From: Planctomycetota bacterium
Lineage (GTDB): Bacteria; Planctomycetota; SZUA-567; H5-PLA8
Assembly: GCA_038227875.1 (NCBI GenBank)
Contig: JBBRPR010000009.1
Coordinates: 32,001 to 96,000 of the forward strand
Direction of reading: 5' to 3'
Length of the DNA: 64,000 bases
The notes below the pieces were generated by a model. That model made no database searches. It was not told where the DNA came from and was given only the letters and a program-made list of their open reading frames with translations. The position numbers and the translations under genes are program-made. This document shows, piece after piece, positions 61,822-64,000 of this stretch (positions are counted from its first letter, which is position 1; every line of letters begins with the position of its first letter).

Positions 61822-63999
61822 TTATTTCGCCGTGCCCATCTTCCCCGATTTATTACTGTACGTCAGCGACTTGGGCGTTTGGTAAATCGCGCCGTTGAAA
61901 ATCACCGTAAGCACCACCGCGACGTTGGTCTTGGCGATGGGCAGGCTGGTCAGTCCCACCGCCGCAAGCGGACGCGTGAAAAATCCTTTCGTCAGCTTCA
62001 CGGTGAACTTTGCCGTCTGCGCGGCCGTGCTGCCTTTGGCGCTGCGGAATTGCAGCTTGAACATGTTGGAGCCGCGCGGCGTGTTGCCTTTGGCGTCGAG
62101 CGTAAAGGCCACGGTGACCGCACTGACGTCGACGTATACTTTTTGCCCGCTGGCGGAGAAACCGCTTTGTATCGGCAGCGTTCCGGCGAAGGAAATCGTA
62201 TCGCTGCCGGAGCGGGTGAAGTTGAGCTTGATCGATGTCTTCGACGCATCCAGACGGCTGAACGTCGTCGCGGGTTTGTTCCCCAGCGGTGTGGAATTGG
62301 GATCCAGCGGGTCGGTGCCGGCTGCCGTCTCGAAGGAATCGGAGAAGCCGTCGCCATCGCTGTCCTTGCCGCTGCCGACCAGCGGCGCTTTGACCGTGAC
62401 GTTCACGCTGCTTTGCACCGTGTTGCCGTTCACGTCGCTCACGGTCACTGTCGCCGTGAAAGCGCCGGCCGTCGCATAGGAGTGCGAGATCGTCGCGCCG
62501 CTGCCGCCGACGCCATCGCCGAAATCCCATGTATAGGTCAGCGTCGCATTGCCTTCAGCAGCAGCGGACGCGAACTGAATCGCCTGGCCGATTCCCGCGA
62601 CGCTGGGTGTGGCGGTGGCCGGAGAAACGAGCGACGGCTGAGCGGTGACCACGACCGTAACGTTGGCGGTGACGGACGACGTGCCGTCGGACACCGTCAC
62701 GACGGCAATGAAAGTTCCGCCGTCGGAGTAGCTATGCGACACCGTGGCGCCGTTGCCGTTCGTGCCGTCGCCGAAATTCCAGGTGTACGTCAGTGGCAGC
62801 GAAAGATCGCTGACCGCGTTCACCAGGAACGCGACGGGTGCGCCGGCGCTGGCGGGATTGGGCGTGGCGGTCACCTGGCTCAACACACGCACGGGAACTT
62901 GCGGCCCGATGTTGACGACCACCGTCTGCATCGACGTTCCGGCGACATTGGAGGCCGTGGTGCCGACGTTCGCATTGGTGGTGATGGTGGTCGGGATGCC
63001 GGAGAACGTGTCGCCAGCGAAGTTCAATCCGGCCGGCAGCGGAGCGGCAGTGAACGTGAACGGCCCCTGGCCGGTGGCGGTGATCGTGTAGCTGAAGAAA
63101 CTGCCCACATTTCCGCTCGCTGTTTTGGGGCTGGTGATGACCGGCGGGGGAACGAGTTTCCGGAACGCCGCATCAGCATCCACCAGCCCGTACCCCGAAA
63201 ACGGATCAGGGCCCGCGAAGGCCGGCGCGACGGTTGCATCCCGAGCGGTGGACTGAAATGTCGAGGCCAGTACCGCCGGCGAGGTTTTCGGCGCGGCTTC
63301 CATCAGCAACGCGGCGACGGCCGCGACATTGGGCGCGGCGCAGGACGTGCCGAGAAAATTTGGGAAAAACGTCGTGTCGACGCCATCGGGCGCGGCGATG
63401 TCCGGCGAATTGCGCAGCATCGGCGCGTTGGGAAGTGGATTGCCGGCCGCGTCGAAATAGAAGGGAATGCCGTTGGGGCCAAAGCCGCCCAGCGACGAGA
63501 ACGATTCCGGACGCAGGGTGTTCGCCTGCAGGTCCGCGAAATTCATCGCGCCGACGGCGATGCAGTCCTTGCAGGTCGGATGCCCAAAGGCGCTCATGCC
63601 ATTGACCCCGCCAGACGGAAACGAGACATCAAGATTGGTGTCGCTGATGACCAGGCGGATGACATTGCCGCGCACGCCCTGGAAATGATCGAGCGCCAGG
63701 TAGACGGTGGTGTCAGCGCCCTTGTTGACGTAGTCCAGGATTTCCACCGGATCGCCCTGCGGCGCGCCAACTGTGCCCTGTGGTGCGGTCGAGGAGGCCA
63801 GCGGTTTTCCGATGGCCGGTGTGGCATAGAGGTATAGATCCAGATCCGCCTGCGATCCGGAGCCGAGATTGAAACTGGAGTACGGCTGATTCCATTCCAG
63901 CACCACGGTCAGATCGTTGTTGTGCGACAGACGGATGGGCAGAAAGCCGGGCGTCGAGGTGCCGATGCCCCAGTTATGAAAATCCTTGCCGGTGGGCGT
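61822..63999 (-). CDS. S8 subtilase with putative Ig and PKD domains, 3' part (start beyond the window)
   Basis: 'PDIAAPDG', 'GTSCAAPNVA' catalytic Ser; PKD 'YTWNFGDG' and 'YTWDFGDG'; frame stays open from 63906 to the window end. Confidence 0.85.
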   Translation of the reverse strand, partial: TPTGKDFHNWGIGTSTPGFLPIRLSHNNDLTVVLEWNQPYSSFNLGSGSQADLDLYLYATPAIGKPLASSTAPQGTVGAPQGDPVEILDYVNKGADTTVYLALDHFQGVRGNVIRLVISDTNLDVSFPSGGVNGMSAFGHPTCKDCIAVGAMNFADLQANTLRPESFSSLGGFGPNGIPFYFDAAGNPLPNAPMLRNSPDIAAPDGVDTTFFPNFLGTSCAAPNVAAVAALLMEAAPKTSPAVLASTFQSTARDATVAPAFAGPDPFSGYGLVDADAAFRKLVPPPVITSPKTASGNVGSFFSYTITATGQGPFTFTAAPLPAGLNFAGDTFSGIPTTITTNANVGTTASNVAGTSMQTVVVNIGPQVPVRVLSQVTATPNPASAGAPVAFLVNAVSDLSLPLTYTWNFGDGTNGNGATVSHSYSDGGTFIAVVTVSDGTSSVTANVTVVVTAQPSLVSPATATPSVAGIGQAIQFASAAAEGNATLTYTWDFGDGVGGSGATISHSYATAGAFTATVTVSDVNGNTVQSSVNVTVKAPLVGSGKDSDGDGFSDSFETAAGTDPLDPNSTPLGNKPATTFSRLDASKTSIKLNFTRSGSDTISFAGTLPIQSGFSASGQKVYVDVSAVTVAFTLDAKGNTPRGSNMFKLQFRSAKGSTAAQTAKFTVKLTKGFFTRPLAAVGLTSLPIAKTNVAVVLTVIFNGAIYQTPKSLTYSNKSGKMGTAK

Positions 64000-64000
64000 C

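Noticed and set aside
61807..63837. 676-aa plus-strand ORF
   Set aside because: Shadow of the S8/PKD gene on the opposite strand.

Overview
GC-rich bacterial chromosomal window, most likely from a member of the Planctomycetota (inferred from a planctomycete-type 'FQLSLRGL' N-terminus, GYF_2-like, DUF4159 and PQQ-propeller proteins). Housekeeping content: an EF-G paralogue, lpxC-fabZ-lpxA followed by three cyclophilins and lipid-A-linked accessory genes, gltX, nadK, a non-canonical PolX-PHP, a fused LptF/LptG and LPS glycosyltransferases. Four things stand out. (1) A ~460-nt heavily structured, terminator-bounded RNA candidate at 4878-5337 that sequesters a 14-nt perfect match to the 16S anti-SD end plus a 15-codon ORF; part of it is duplicated at 6300-6329. 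(2) A divergent leaderless-uORF/terminator attenuator candidate in front of the EF-G paralogue. (3) An 11-kb four-gene GTPase/GAP1-type conflict-system operon (6346-17451) with membrane anchors, GYF domains, a low-GC variable C-terminus and a transglutaminase-like module. (4) A chryseobasin-like MNIO (DUF692) RiPP pair whose precursor has a lipobox and a C-terminal CPPCGRG core, next to a giant vWA/TonB-like/DUF4159 protein and a TPR protein. All family assignments come from motif recognition by eye; no searches or folding programs were run.
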